DNA of 64,000 nt from Octopus vulgaris (Eukaryota), in NCBI GenBank assembly GCA_951406725.2, contig OX597819.1, positions 49,290,001-49,354,000 of the forward strand, read 5' to 3'. The position numbers and the translations under genes were made by a program. Each line of letters opens with the position of its first letter. The stretch's first letter is position 1. Under the pieces are notes generated by a model that was not told the DNA's origin, ran no database searches, and worked only from the letters and a program-made list of their open reading frames with translations. Below are positions 1 to 13,546 of this stretch, piece by piece.

Positions 1-261
1 AATTTTAAAATTCCTTCAAAAATATTTGAATTTCAAATAGACAAAACAAAAAGACAAACTGCAAGATCTTCATAAATTATATGAATGGTATAATCATATG
101 TTTCTTACATTGTTACCTCTATCTCCATCTCTGAATTGTTGAATTTAAAACAATTTTTGGAAGTTATAAAAATTTTTCTGTAAACTAGAAATAGAAATAT
201 ATAATCTGTTTATAAATTTAAATAATAAATATAGACATTAAAACTCCTTTTCTTATTGCAG

Positions 262-356
262 GAGCTTTTGGTTTATGCTCCTATCAAGCATGTTGATGTT
301 TTCAATACCAAGTCACTTAGAATCACTACAAAGTTTATAGTTCAAAACCTTGTGGG
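262..356 (+). other. Possible internal or terminal exon (ELLVYAPIKHVDVFNTKSLRITTKFIVQNLVG)
   Basis: Good acceptor (actccttttcttattgcag|) and one open frame; weak donor (GG|gtgaag) that overlaps an in-frame TGA; peptide not recognised. Confidence 0.2.
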
Positions 357-827
357 GTGAAGTGTTCATATTTGAGTTAAAATCTGTCAATTTATGTCCC
401 ATTGAATAAGGGACTTTATAGAATCCTTTCATAATTCTTAATTATTTCCAAAATTAACACGAACACACAAATCGTATATGTCTTTGAGAAAAATGATCGC
501 AAAAGGGCTAACCACAAGTAAAGCAATTCCTGCCTAAGATTTGAAACCTTGTTGGTTTCACTAAGATATTATCCCTCACCTAAGTTTCTGTCATCATCAT
601 GCTCATCCTCATCATCGTTTTTGCAACATCTTTTACCATGGTGATATTGGCTTAACAAGACTTCTTGAGACAGTATTGTATGTCAACTTTTTTTCTCTCT
701 CTCTATTAAGGAACTTTATTCTATTAGTGTTTCACACATCAAACTACTGAGCTACAAGAAATTTTGTTTTTGAACTGTTATCTAAGCAGTGGTGATGTGA
801 AGTCACGCAGAGACAAATACACACATA

Positions 828-1688
828 TGAGAGGGTACCTATAAGAAACAAGAATCTTGCAATGTTATTTTATTCACTTAGTTTTACATGTTTACACTTT
901 TATCACCTTCAAAGTATTCTCCATTTGAAGCAATGCATCGGCTCAGATGCATATTCTACTGTTCAAAGCGGTGCTGGAACTCTTGCAAAGTGATGCCCTT
1001 TAATGACTGTTGCTTTTTTCTTCTCCTCTTCCACATCTGCAAATTCCATAGCACCAGCTTTCATCACTTTTGAAAAAAAATCCAGATCAACTGTTCTTTA
1101 AGTTCCCAACACACATTCTATTGTGACTCTTTTGAACTTCCATGAGCAAGCAAAGCACAAATTTTGTTGCAACTCTTTTCATTCGTTGACAGGAGCTCCA
1201 GGACACACCAATCATTTCAAGTTCGTCAATTGTTCAGTGATGGTCCTCCAAGATCAGTTCATGAATATTCATGATGTTTTCATTCATTCAGGAGATCAAT
1301 GATTGTCCTGAATGAGGTTGGTCTTCAAGCGACAAGTGACCATTCCTAGAGCATAAAAATCACTCATGAAGTTGTGTTTTGCTCATGGCAGCATCCCTCT
1401 AAGCTGTTTGAAGTATGACAACTATTTCAGCTACCTTTTTCTCCAGCAGAATACAGAATTTCATGGAAACATGCTGTTCTTTCATTTCAGCCATCGCAAA
1501 ATCAACGAACAAGAAAGAAGCACTGCAAAACAAAGACACACCATGTGGCGGTATGACTCCAATCGATGACACCGGTCAACAGACTTATGCCTGAAGGTTG
1601 CATTAAGTGGCTTCTTGCAGCAGAAAACCGAACTACAACAGGCTTGTCCCACAGAGAACGCTTCCAGTAACTATTGGGTACCTCCTCA
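828..1688 (-). mobile_element. Internally deleted Tc1/mariner (mariner-type) DNA transposon
   Basis: Imperfect TIRs (tgagagggtacctata / tattgggtacctcctca) flanked by TA at 826-827 and 1689-1690; decayed transposase inside. Confidence 0.85.
900..1494 (-). pseudogene. Mariner transposase remnant
   Basis: Manual translation gives N-terminal MAEMKEQHVSMKFC...AMSKTQLHE*F...SLEDQPHSGQ (HTH region) and C-terminal EFQHRFEQ*...RCIASNGEYFEGD; several stops, central catalytic region largely missing. Confidence 0.85.
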
Positions 1689-2192
1689 TATATAACAGGT
1701 TTTTTTGTACAGTTTCACTTACAAAGCATCACTCAACTCAAAACTATTACACAAGTCACTTGTTTAAACCATCACCCAGTAGGAGCCACTCTGAAGTCAT
1801 GTGACTGAAAGTGCACTTTCTAAACACACAAACCATGCTTGCACTAATAATAAAATTTGTAGTAGAAGTAATAGTCTTAAAAAAGAATTGAGATTTAATA
1901 TGTTTATCATTACAGCATATTGAATCTAATGAGTTGTTGATTAAATCAAATGAGCAATATCTTATTTCATTCATAAATATAGTGTAAGATGACTCACTGT
2001 TTATTAATTAACTAGTGTTGAATTACACTCCATTACTTTAGAACCATTTACATTTCAGCCAGTCTCTTATGTAAGAATTCCACTTTGTTTTTCTATTAAC
2101 TAGGAACTATAATTAAGAAATCGTTTTGATAAGATGTAGAGTTTTTGCAACTGACAGAGAAAGAACTGTGGTAAATAATATCTTGCTTGTAT

Positions 2193-2428
2193 CAGCTAAT
2201 ACTTCCCAGGCCTCTAACTACTCTTTCTGAGACATGTAATCACTACATCCAGGCATATAACTACCACTTCCTGGATATATTGCCACTACTTCCCAGGCAT
2301 ATAACTACTTCTTGTCAGGTATGTAACCACCATTACCCATAAAATGTAACCATTTCTTCTGAGACATGTAACCATTTCTCAGGCATACAGCCAGTGCTTC
2401 TTGGATATGTAACCATTACTTCCCATAA
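2193..2428. repeat. Degenerate ~22-bp minisatellite, ~11 units (consensus ~catgtaaccactacttcccagg)
   Basis: Recurrent catgtaacca/catataacta...ccagg units read directly. Confidence 0.8.
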
Positions 2429-3019
2429 ATGATTAAATGCAAATGTCTGAAATGAGTTGTTGCTAATGCAATTTATAAGTTTTCAGACCTGATGACAATC
2501 AGAGATCCAATTAGCTGAAATACACTGTAAATGAAAATATTAAAGTATTTTTTGCTTTTTCCTCTACAAAACAGTGTTAATTAGTCTGAAAATGTATAAC
2601 CATGCTATTTCTTAGTTTTGAGTTCAAATCTTGCACAGATTGCTTTTATCTTTTTAATCTAAAAATATCGCTAAAAATAAGTACCAGTAATACACTAGGG
2701 AAGGCAGAATTGATAGCGGGCTGAATTGTTAGCACAACAGACAAAATGTTTAGTGGAAATTCTTTCAGTTCTTTACATTATGAGTTCAAATTCTGCTTTT
2801 CATCCCTCAAAGGTCAATAAAATAACATACCAGTCATGTATTGATGTCTATATAATTGACTTGTTTCCTCCCCTCAAAATTTCTGGCCTTCTGCCAAAAG
2901 AAGAAAGAGTAATATAAGACAGTAACATCTATAGCTGTAACTTTATAAGTGCCAATTAGTATTTAATAAGCTTATTCCTTTCTTAAATCAATAAAAAGCT
3001 TTTGCATTGTGATTGTGAT

Positions 3020-3250
3020 TGTTATTGTTGATTAGCCTCAAATCAACCTTAATCAAGCAAATCTATGATCAAAAGTCATTCCTTCCAAGACCATTCCATC
3101 TATTTTTACCTTTTCTTTTCAGTTGCAATGTATTTTAGATCATATTATCTAACATGTCCTTTCTTTAAGATAGTATGAAGTGATCTGAAGGAGTTTAGTC
3201 ACTATTTCTGCCTGGCCAAATAAGCATATAGAAATTCTTTTGTTGGCTCA
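3020..3250 (-). mobile_element. Retroposon family D (~230 bp, CAA-type tail)
   Basis: Reverse complement of the gctagaaatagcagccaaatctccctcaaat...tttgatcataggtctg...ggctaaacaacaac module repeated across the window. Confidence 0.65.
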
Positions 3251-3689
3251 GCACTATTATTGTCAATTATAAACTTAGCAGTGCTTTTGGCAAAGATAAC
3301 ATTTCAGAAACTGGTACTTATGATAATAATAGTTTCTTTTACTGGCTTACAAGGGCTCTTATAAGTTGCTTAAGGCACCAAGTTTCCCAACAGGCCAAAC
3401 CCAGCTAGGTTTAACATTATTTCAATGATCAGATGAGAACCAGTGCTACAATGTAAAATAGCCTGTCTGTACTGTTATTATTGCATGTGATCATACATCA
3501 AAAGGATGGAGCTTTGTTCTAGCTTTTGGTTAGCCCCAAGTCAGTCCTAATCAAACAGACTTATGATCAAAGACATTCCAGCTGTATAATGCCAGGTTTT
3601 GGTATTTATTTACTCAACTTCAGAGAGATAAAACGCAAAGCTGGTTGCATCAAGATATAAACTCAAAACTTAAAGGAACGTAACTAAAT

Positions 3690-3908
3690 ATTCTTTTCTA
3701 CTCTAGGTACAAAGGCCAGAAATTTTGAAGGAGAGGGCCAGTCAATTAGATCAACTCTAGTATGTAACTGGTACTTAATTTATTGATCCCGAAAGGATGA
3801 AAGGCAAAGTTGACCCCGGTGGAATTTGAACTCAGAACGTGAGGATAGACAAAATACTGAGAAGCATTTCACCCAGTGTGCTAACGTTTCTACCAACTCA
3901 TCACCTTA
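3690..3908 (-). mobile_element. SINE family B copy
   Basis: Reverse complement of gagctggcagaa..gttagcac..aaatgcttagc..gagttcaaattc..tttgcctttcatcctttcggg..gataaattaagtaccag. Confidence 0.85.
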
Positions 3909-4193
3909 TTTTTGGAGCTTAATACTGAGGGAAGTAACTCTGAGCAAGTCATTGTGAAAGTATTGCTGTTTCACTGCGGCCATGACAACCATGCATTTAT
4001 TTGTAAAGTTAAGGAAGTTATTAAAAACTGAAACCCATCAGTGACTTTTGGAACACCCTGTATAATAACAAGAAAAATCAATATGAATGTAGTACAGATA
4101 AGGTTTATATGTTCATCTGATTGAGTATCGAATTGCGTTTTTTACCTTTATTCTACTGAATTAATTATCATTACCTATGTAATATTTAACTTC

Positions 4194-4388
4194 AAGGTGT
4201 TGAGCTGGCAGAATTTTTAGCACACCAGGCAAAATGTTTAATAGCATTTTGTCTGTCATGTTCTGGGTTCAAATTCCGCCAAGGTTGACTTTACAGTTGA
4301 TAAAAGAAGTACCTGTTGAACACTGGGGTTCATATAATCAACTTACTCCCTGCCCCCAAATAGCTGGCCCTGTGCAAAAATTTGAAAT
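4194..4388 (+). mobile_element. SINE family B copy
   Basis: gagctggcagaa...ggttcaaattccgccaaggttgacttt...ctggggt...ggccctgtgc. Confidence 0.75.
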
Positions 4389-4554
4389 GGCACCTTTTTC
4401 TTTGTGAAGTTTTCTAAAGAAGAATCTATGTTAAAATTAGAGGCTAAAAGAAGTTAAAAGACAGAAAAGAATGAGCATAATGGTAAATACATTGAAAAGA
4501 ATCAAAGAAATTCATCCATCACAACTAACATTGTACTTGTTATCAATGGCATAG

Positions 4555-4760
4555 TTTAGCCCTTGGTCAATCCTAACTGAGCAAACCTAGGATCAAAGTT
4601 ATTCCAGCCATGACCAACACATCCTTCTTTCAGGCATTGTATATCTAGGACTATATTGTTCAATGTATTCTTCTCCTTCTTGAGATGATAGGAGTGTAAT
4701 ATGAGATTAAATTGCTGTTACTTGTAAGTTGTGTGATAACCCAGAAACTTCAATGGCTCT
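4555..4760 (-). mobile_element. Retroposon family D copy
   Basis: Same module as 3020-3250. Confidence 0.6.
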
Positions 4761-5316
4761 TATTATTATTATTGTTGTTGTTGTTGTTGTTGTTGTTTGT
4801 ATTGAAATTACATTTCATATTCTTGTACAGACATTATTCCTCCAAACCAGGCCTACTTAGGAAAACTTTCCTAACTTTCTAACAGCTCCTCATTAAATTC
4901 ATTGCTGCAGGACATTGCCATCTTGTAAGGAAAGTTTAAATACAAGATAACAATCTGGGAGGTCACAGATTAGATTTCCTGACCACTGTTGATTCTTGGT
5001 AACCAACCAAACAGCACCTGAAATATCAGAACCATATGCCATAAAATACTTGCCACCACCCCTACCACCACCATCACAACCATTACCCACTACTGTTGTT
5101 AGTAACTTTATCTATTGTCAATGCTGCTGCTACCTAACAACATCACTACTGACCTCCCCCCAACCCCCATCATCATCCTTATCAGTCACAAAGCCACTGA
5201 AGATGCCTACCATTATTCAATTACACACCTGCAACAAACAGTAATTCTCACTGTTTATTAACACTACCATTACGACAGCTACTGCAGCCCTCCCACTTGC
5301 AAGCCTCAACATCTGC

Positions 5317-5642
<326 letters not shown>

Positions 5643-5734
5643 TGCATCTACCATCACATTGTGTTCCATATATTAAAAAATAAAAAATTTTCTAGATATG
5701 CTAATCACACTCCAACACCCTAAATCTATAAGAT

Positions 5735-5968
5735 GAGCCAATGGGGCTACTGTTGCATGGATCTTCAACATGCTAGAAATAACAGCCAAATTTCCCTAAA
5801 ACCACACACCACTATCTTAAAAAGACACACACATTGGACAATGTAGTCTAAGCTTTATTATTCCTGAAAAAAAAAAAACGAAATGAAAAGAACTGGATGG
5901 CCATGGCTGGAACATCTTTCATCATATGACTTTTTAGTCAGGGCTAATTTGGGTCTAATCAACAACAG
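5735..5968 (+). mobile_element. Retroposon family D copy
   Basis: gctagaaataacagccaaatttccct...ggacaatgtagtc...atggctggaac...caacaaca. Confidence 0.65.
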
Positions 5969-5973
5969 TTACT

Positions 5974-6155
5974 GTGGAGGCACAATGGCCCAGTGGTTAG
6001 GGCAGCGGAATCATGGTTGTAAGAATGCGGTTTCGATTCCCAGACCAGGCATTGTGAGTATTTATTGAGCAAAAACACCTAAGCTCCATGAGGCTCCGGT
6101 GGGAGGCGGGGTACTCTTTCACCACAACTTTCTCTCACTCTTTCTTCCTACTTCT
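5974..6155 (+). mobile_element. tRNA-derived SINE family C copy
   Basis: A box tggcccagtgg, B box gtttcgattcc, body ttgagcaaaaacacctaagctcc shared with 49440 and 57305. Confidence 0.8.
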
Positions 6156-6442
6156 GCCACAAAGCATTGGAACCATGGTGTAACCCACTATGGTGTGGTA
6201 AACTTTCAGACCCTAGTCTGGATTGCAAATCCTCTGTATCCCAGGATGGTTCAGCTCTCCACCCATTAAGAGCCACCGTTTATGGAATGAGGATAACAAT
6301 GTAGCTTTCACACCCGTGCAACTGCCAGTCTATCGTGTGTTGTGGGTGGATCTTCAAGTTGCCACACGCATTCTTAGTAGCTTAGAGTAGGGTTGAATTA
6401 GAGATTATTCTTTGTGGCTAATGGCATGAGTCCTGATTGGAA

Positions 6443-6562
6443 GAAGCAGAAGAAGAAGAACAACAACAAGAACAAGAAGAACAAGAACAAGAACAAGAAG
6501 AAGAAGAAGAACAAGAACAAGAAGAACAAGAAGAACAAGAAGAACAAGAAGAAGAAGAAGAC
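6443..6562. repeat. (AAG/AAC)n microsatellite, possibly the tail of a LINE fragment at ~6170-6442
   Basis: Repeat read directly; the LINE origin of the upstream GC-richer segment is inference. Confidence 0.85.
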
Positions 6563-7443
6563 AACAGTTACTACTAGCCCACTACTGAGCTGGATCTTTG
6601 CTGTCTTCTCTATCACTACTGCTTCAACAGCCAAACTCTGCCATATACCACAACCAACTAAACCTTTTGATCCACCTGTTTCTGCTACTCCTCCCATTTT
6701 TATGTATCAACCTCCAAAATTTTGTACTAAAAACCCCTAAACAATTTTTCCTCTCCTAAATTGAATCCCTTTGAAACACTCTTTCTGCACTTTTTCTTTC
6801 CTTAGTTATTATGAATATGTTCAAACTGAATATTAATTACATTTACTTCTTCAATTCATTTGTCTATAAAGGTAGAAAAGGCTACCAATATTGCCCTTCC
6901 TTCGCAGATCTGCAAACAGAAAGTCATGGTAGCAGCAGTAATAGTAGCAGTGGTAGTTGATATTACTGTGACAACCATCACTGTTTATCTGCTTCATAGA
7001 ACAAATTTCATTACACACACAGGCACAAACATGCATACATAAGCAAACAAAGATGTGCACACACCTGATGATGTAAATTGATATGAAAGTGCTGAGTTGT
7101 GAAAATGCGCAGTTTGTTGACTTCGACATTAGGCCATCTGCTCAAAGACATGGTTGGGCAGCTGCCATAATCAGCAAGATATCAGTGTTATACACATGAG
7201 ACATTAAAATTTCATTCTGTCAGAAAGTGAGTAATTTGAAAAACAGTTGCTGCAGAATGCAAAATGTGCTTTGGAATGGTCTGAAAGTGAACTATCTAGC
7301 CAGACAGACAGATTGCTTTGTTTTCCTTTGTATCATATTGGCAAAGCTGATAGAATTTTTTTACTTTGTTTTTAACATCTCCCTGACAACTGAAGAACTG
7401 TGCTGTGGAGATACATGCAAATATCTAAGTAAGAATAAGAATA

Positions 7444-7851
7444 GGTACAGGAGTGGCTGTGTGGTAAGTAGCTTGCTTACCAACAACATGGTTCCGGGTT
7501 CAGACCCACTGCGTGGCACCTTGGGCAAGTGTCTTCTACTATAGCCTCGGGCCGACCAAAGCCTTGTGAGTGGATTTGGTAGACAGAAACTGAAAGTAGC
7601 CCGTCGTATATATGTATATGAATATATATGTGTGTGTTTGTGTGTTTGTCCCCTCCTCCTCCCCAACATCACTTGGCAACCGATGCTGGTGTGTTTATAT
7701 CCCTGTAATGTAGTGGTTCGGCAAAAGAGACCGATAGAATAAGTATTAGGCTTACAAAGAATAAATCCTGGGGTTGATTTCCTCAGCTAAAGGCAGTGCT
7801 CCAGCATGGCCACAGTCAAATTACTGAAACAAGTAAAAGAGAGTAAAGAGA
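7444..7851 (+). mobile_element. tRNA-derived SINE family A, full length (resembles octopus OR/OK-type SINEs)
   Basis: A box tggctgtgtgg, B box ggttcagaccc, accttgggcaagtg core, internal (TA/TG)n, tail actgaaacaagtaaaaga; more than 12 copies in window. Confidence 0.9.
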
Positions 7852-8002
7852 GTATATATATAATTTTTAATGGTGGACCTTAAAGTAGATAAAGCTATGA
7901 ATAATAGCATTTAAATATTTAAATATTGGGTTAAAAAGCTCTTTGAATGGAAGAGCAGCATTTGACTTTTTCCATTCAGAAGGTTTCTTAACTCAATTAT
8001 GC

Positions 8003-8227
8003 AACCCTTTAGCATTTAAGCCAGCCATATCCGGTTCAAGTATTCTACTGATTTTATGTTCAAACTGACAAGATCCAGCTTCTCTCATTTATTTTACAAT
8101 ACCAATCTAATAATAAACAATCGCATCAGCAAAATTTCAAAACCATAGGACATTGCATGATTAATTGAAAACAATGAGAAATAATTAGGCATTGCATTTG
8201 ACAGAGTTATCTGAATGCTAATGGGTC
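8003..8227. mobile_element. piggyBac-type MITE (~225 bp)
   Basis: TIR aaccctttagcatt...aatgctaatgggt; internal sequence homologous to 24046-24259 and 30579-30806. Confidence 0.7.
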
Positions 8228-8257
8228 AAACACTATTATTTGTAGCTTTATGCAAGG

Positions 8258-8465
8258 CAATGAGCTAGGGATCAGGCAGAATCATTGGTATGCCAAACAA
8301 AATGCTTAGTGGCATTTCATCTGTCTATTTCAAGTTCAAATTCTGCCAAGGCTGATTTTGCCTTTCATCTTTTCAGGGTCAATGGAATAAGTACCAGTTG
8401 AATACTGGGGTCAATGTAATTGACTAACCTCCTCTTCCAGAATTGTGCCTGTAGTAGAAAAGATT
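8258..8465 (+). mobile_element. SINE family B copy
   Basis: aaatgcttagtggcatttc...gttcaaattctgccaagg...gcctttcatc...aagtaccagt...gtgcctgtagtagaaaagatt. Confidence 0.75.
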
Positions 8466-8493
8466 GTTTATTACTTTATCTACTTCAAATTCT

Positions 8494-8737
8494 ATAATAA
8501 TAATAATAATAATAATAATGATATTATCTTGTATTGTGCTCAGGTGCACTACAACTCATCAAAGGTGCACGTACAGTACATAGAATTATGTACAAAACCC
8601 CAGGAAAGTGAACAGTATATGAGTCATGATATACATGTGTGCATGCATATGAAGGGTGGGGGGATACCAGTTGTAGTGCTGGCGAATTTCAGGAAGCATG
8701 GAGGTTTTAAAGGATGCAATGTCTCGGCAACTAACAT
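8494..8737 (-). mobile_element. 3' end of a CR1/L2-like LINE with (ATT)n tail
   Basis: Minus strand reads VSCRDIASFKTSMLPEIRQHYNW, similar to CR1/L2 ORF2 C-termini, then a short UTR and a trinucleotide tail. Confidence 0.5.
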
Positions 8738-9685
8738 GGTTTATTTCATGCCTCTTTCCTGTTCTTACAACTTGTTATTGGCAGGAAAATAGCACCCAGT
8801 ACAACGCTGTAAAGTACTTGGTGTTAGGAAGAAAATTCAGTCATAGAAAACATATCACAGTTGACACTAGAGATCAGTGCAGCCCTGCAGCTAGTCAGAT
8901 CCTGTCAAACTGTTCAGCCCATGCCAGCATGGAAAATGGATATCAAAAGATAATGAGGATAATGATAATATATAGACAGGATATTTTGAGTGTGTGTGAA
9001 GACATACGGAGAACAGTGATAATAAAATAGTTGGTAAAGAACGGGAATTATGAAAACTAAAATTCACTAATTCACTGATCCAGGTCCAAATCTACAAGGA
9101 CTGATAAAATACTTGTCAGGAGTATAATGGAGAAAATTCAATATTCTTTTTATCCATCAGAGGAATGTCAGTTCCTTTCAAAAGAAATCCATTATTCTAC
9201 TCAAAGAGTAGTTGGAATACTTCAAAGGATAAAGAGTTAAACTAGATGTTTTATGGTATTTAGATTAATAATCACACAATTTCAGGGTCTAAATTCAAAG
9301 TAGAATTTTTTTGTCCTTTTGTTTCTGGAGAGTCAGTGATGTAAATGTCATTAAGATATTGGAAACTTAATCAATATCCTACTAGATTAAACAAAAGTAC
9401 ATACTCTTTTTGATATAATACATGATAAATTTCCTGAGATAACTTGATTTGAGCCAAACTTTCTGTTTATGTCTTGTAATGGTATCCAACACTGTTCTGT
9501 TGAAGAAAAGTGAAGGACAGATAATAAAAAGAGAGAAGATGAAAAAGATCTTAATCTACCCTGATGATTGGGCAGCAAGGAGGAAGGACTAAATTGATAA
9601 ATGTAGCCGTAATTAAGTAGTAAAAACTGTCACAAGTATTTACAGTAGTCTTTAACTACTAGTCTTCAGAACTACTATTACAATA

Positions 9686-9858
<173 letters not shown>

Positions 9859-10654
9859 AGCAATGAGATTAAAAGAATGCTCTTTGTTTGCAACTCTCTA
9901 GCTAAGATTAAGACTTTTGATGTCAGCATAAAGACGGATAAAGGGAAGATAAAAAAAGATTGTTTATAATTTTCAAAAATACTTTGAAAATATAAATGGA
10001 AATTACAAATGAGAATCATAATAAAATTTCAGGATAATTCATGTCAATCTAGCAACAAAAATGGTCCCTATAGGATAATGGTTATTACCATTGTGAGCAC
10101 TTTAGTTAAGTAATGAACTTTTTACCTGATACAAGACCACAACCGTAAACAAAGTACAGTCAATCAAAAAGTTTTTATCAACCTAATTTCACACACAAAG
10201 ACATGGATCAACCCAAGACTATATAAGAAGATACTTTCCCAAGATGCTGTACAGTAGAACTGAATGCAGGACCTGATGACTGAAGAAAAAATTTCTTAAC
10301 TATTTGGCCATCCCTGTGTTCTAATCATATACATTATCAGAATTGGTATAGGAGCTTTTACCGATATCTTCCAAATAATTAATAAACTACTAAAAAATTT
10401 TTCTTGAACAAATCCCAGTTTCTTTCAGTTTTAGTTCAACATTTTTGGTCCTAAAACCAAGAACAATCAACCCAATATTATTAGAATGATGTTTGCAATT
10501 CAAAATTTCATTGAATGAAAATTTCTACAATGTGGCCAATGTTAATTAATACAAAAGAACTGCAACAACAAAAGTTACATAAAAAAGAAAATAATCATCT
10601 ATCATTAGACAACTGTTAGATTTTTACCTGCTTAACCATGGACTAGACAGTCTC

Positions 10655-10862
10655 TGTATGGTCACTGCCTGTTAGAAATAGCAGTTGAATCTCCCTCAAA
10701 TCATGTCCTATCATATGAAAAGAAAATTAGAGGGATACACTGGACAATATACTTTCTGATATACAAACACATGGGGTTGGTTACTGTTGGATGAGTACAT
10801 ACCTTTTATCAAAGTTCTGTTGCATTCAGTCAGGGCTTACCCTGGGTTAAACAAGAACAATG
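10655..10862 (+). mobile_element. Retroposon family D copy
   Basis: gttagaaatagcagttgaatctccctcaaat...ggacaat...cagggcttaccctgggttaaacaagaacaa. Confidence 0.6.
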
Positions 10863-12399
10863 ACAATAACCATACAGCTAACATACACACTCACACCCAT
10901 TTTTTAATTATTTTTTTTCCTCTCTTTTCCTTCTTTCTGCAAATACACCAAGTTATTAGTAAGATATCCCCTCAGGTGAGGTTGAGTATTTAATTATTCA
11001 TGCACTGATACACATACCTAAGAACATCTATGTTTCTGATATCTGTATAAATATTCATAATATGTGACAAAATGTTGCTGACATTCCCTATTTGATTTCA
11101 CTGATGTGAATAATGGAGGAAAATACTTGACACTGCATAAACTACAATAAAGAAGCCCTGTCACTTCGTTGGCAATTTGCTCCTGCTCTATTGCAAAGGT
11201 AACACCTAAATAAGTATTAATTTATTCATTATATAAATTAAATGATCTTTTAAAACTTAACTTGTTTCTTGGTCTTATGCCATGCATAGAATAACAAAAA
11301 AAAAAAAAAAACACCTAATTAATTGATGATTCAGATGCTAAAATTTGGCTAACATATGCATAAATGAATTTTCTATGCTCAGTTAATTTCTTTCGTTATC
11401 ATTAATTCAAACATCATCCCCGCTGCCACTGCCACTGCTAACAAAACTATTGTCATCATAACACACATTACTAATGTTGCCCCGCCTCACTGCTGCCACC
11501 CCAGTATCATCCCTACCATTGTCCTGCTGTCAGACACACCTCTTCCTCTACTATCAAGATACTATCAATGACTGTATTCCTCCTCCACCACCACCACCAT
11601 TGCTATCATTGAGATAAATAACAACCTATTGCACATGTTGTATACTTGAATATTAAGCTTTAGAGAAAGAAACACTATACATACATATGCAAAAAAAGCA
11701 ACTAAAAAATTACCTACATTAACAAGATCAATATGCATCAATAAACAACAATTAAATATTGAGTAATCAAGGGCAGCTACATGTAATTGATAACTGGATT
11801 TCAAAAGAAATTACTTGAAAGAAAAGTACGGGGCAATCTATTTACTGTGAATGTAGGTAACAAATTATTAACAAATTTGAGTGAGATTTTGACCTCACCT
11901 GTAGATAATCAAATATAGATTGGTAGATGGAAAACAATACTTAGGGAAACAAACTAACAAATGAAAATAATAAAAGAGAAACTAAAAATAACAGGTTTTT
12001 TTTAGTGACTGGAAATGTTGTTCAATGGAAGTCAATTCTATTGTTGTTTACATACGCAAGGTGTAGGTGTAGCCATGTGATTAAGAAGTTTGCCTCCCAA
12101 CCACAAGGTGTCAGGTTCAGTTCTGCAGTATGATACTTTGGATGTTTTCCTACTATAGTCCCAGGGCAACCAATGCCTTGTGGATTTAGTAGACAGAAAC
12201 TAAAAGAAGTCCAAGACCTGCCAAGCCAGTGTAACATAACTAGCACCCATGTCAGTAGCATGTAAAAAGCACCCTTTGAATGTTGAGTGATATGATGTGC
12301 TTGAGAAGACCTGTCAACTCAAGTGAAATTTAGTTGTGGCACAAACACACACACACAATGAGCTTCTTTCAGTTTCCTCCTGTCAAATCGACTAACAAA

Positions 12400-12637
<238 letters not shown>

Positions 12638-13456
12638 ATATATTAACCCTATATTGTTAAATAGCAAGGTAAGTCATAGCTCCCATATATATGTGCATGT
12701 CTGTTGGTGTCTTCTTGTCTTGACATCATATAATAGTTGTGAACGAGTGTCACTGTTATACAAGTAGCGTCCTTCATTTCCAATGTTCTATGTAAACATG
12801 CCTGGTCATGGGCAAATGTTACCTTACTTCAAAACAGGTGAGGCTTGGCAACAGGAAAGCCATTTGGCAGTTGAATAACCTGCTCCTCAACAAATTCCAT
12901 CTGACTCATTTAAGTATGAAAAAGTGAACATTAAAACAATGATGATGGTGGTTGTGGTGGTGGTGATGATGATAATGATGATGATGATGATGATGATGAT
13001 ACAAGAGGTAAGATTCAAAAGTATGAAATGCTCATAAATCATCATTATTATTATTGCTTGATATTTATTAATTCCTTGATTGATTTTATTAAAATATTCA
13101 TTTATTTAACTTTACTTTTTCCCCTTTTGCCGATTTCAGCTGTGACAATGCCTCCAAGACTTTTAATCAATTATATCAATCACCATCACCAATACTGTCC
13201 TAACAATGTAAATTTGAGCAACATGTAAAATTAATTCCTTGATGTTGTAGCTCAATTTAGAAATATTCATTCTAAAAATGTTCATTTTTTAAAATTATTT
13301 TTTATGATCATCATTTAAATAGTCACTGTTTAGCTCCAAGTCAGCTTTGATTGAGTAGCCATGAAAAGCTATATAAAAGCAGCAGAAATAAATAAATTAA
13401 TTTCAGAAGTAAGAGAAAGCGACAAGATAGTATGCACTAAAAAGGTGATGATTACA

Positions 13457-13544
<88 letters not shown>

Positions 13545-13546
13545 TG
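13457..13546. repeat. (GAT)n-(GAC)n compound microsatellite
   Basis: Direct reading. Confidence 0.95.

Noticed and set aside
2490-2522. CTGATGA...GAAA hammerhead-like spacing
   Set aside because: No convincing stems I, II or III around the motif.
7060-7232. Exon-like unique segment and a 3-nt cag|AAA|gtgagt candidate
   Set aside because: Longer frames contain stops on both strands, and the 3-nt option has only a short AG-free zone.
7361-7672. Recurrent ORFs containing RRHLPKVP / IVEDTCPRCH
   Set aside because: Chance open frames in the SINE A consensus, repeated at each copy.
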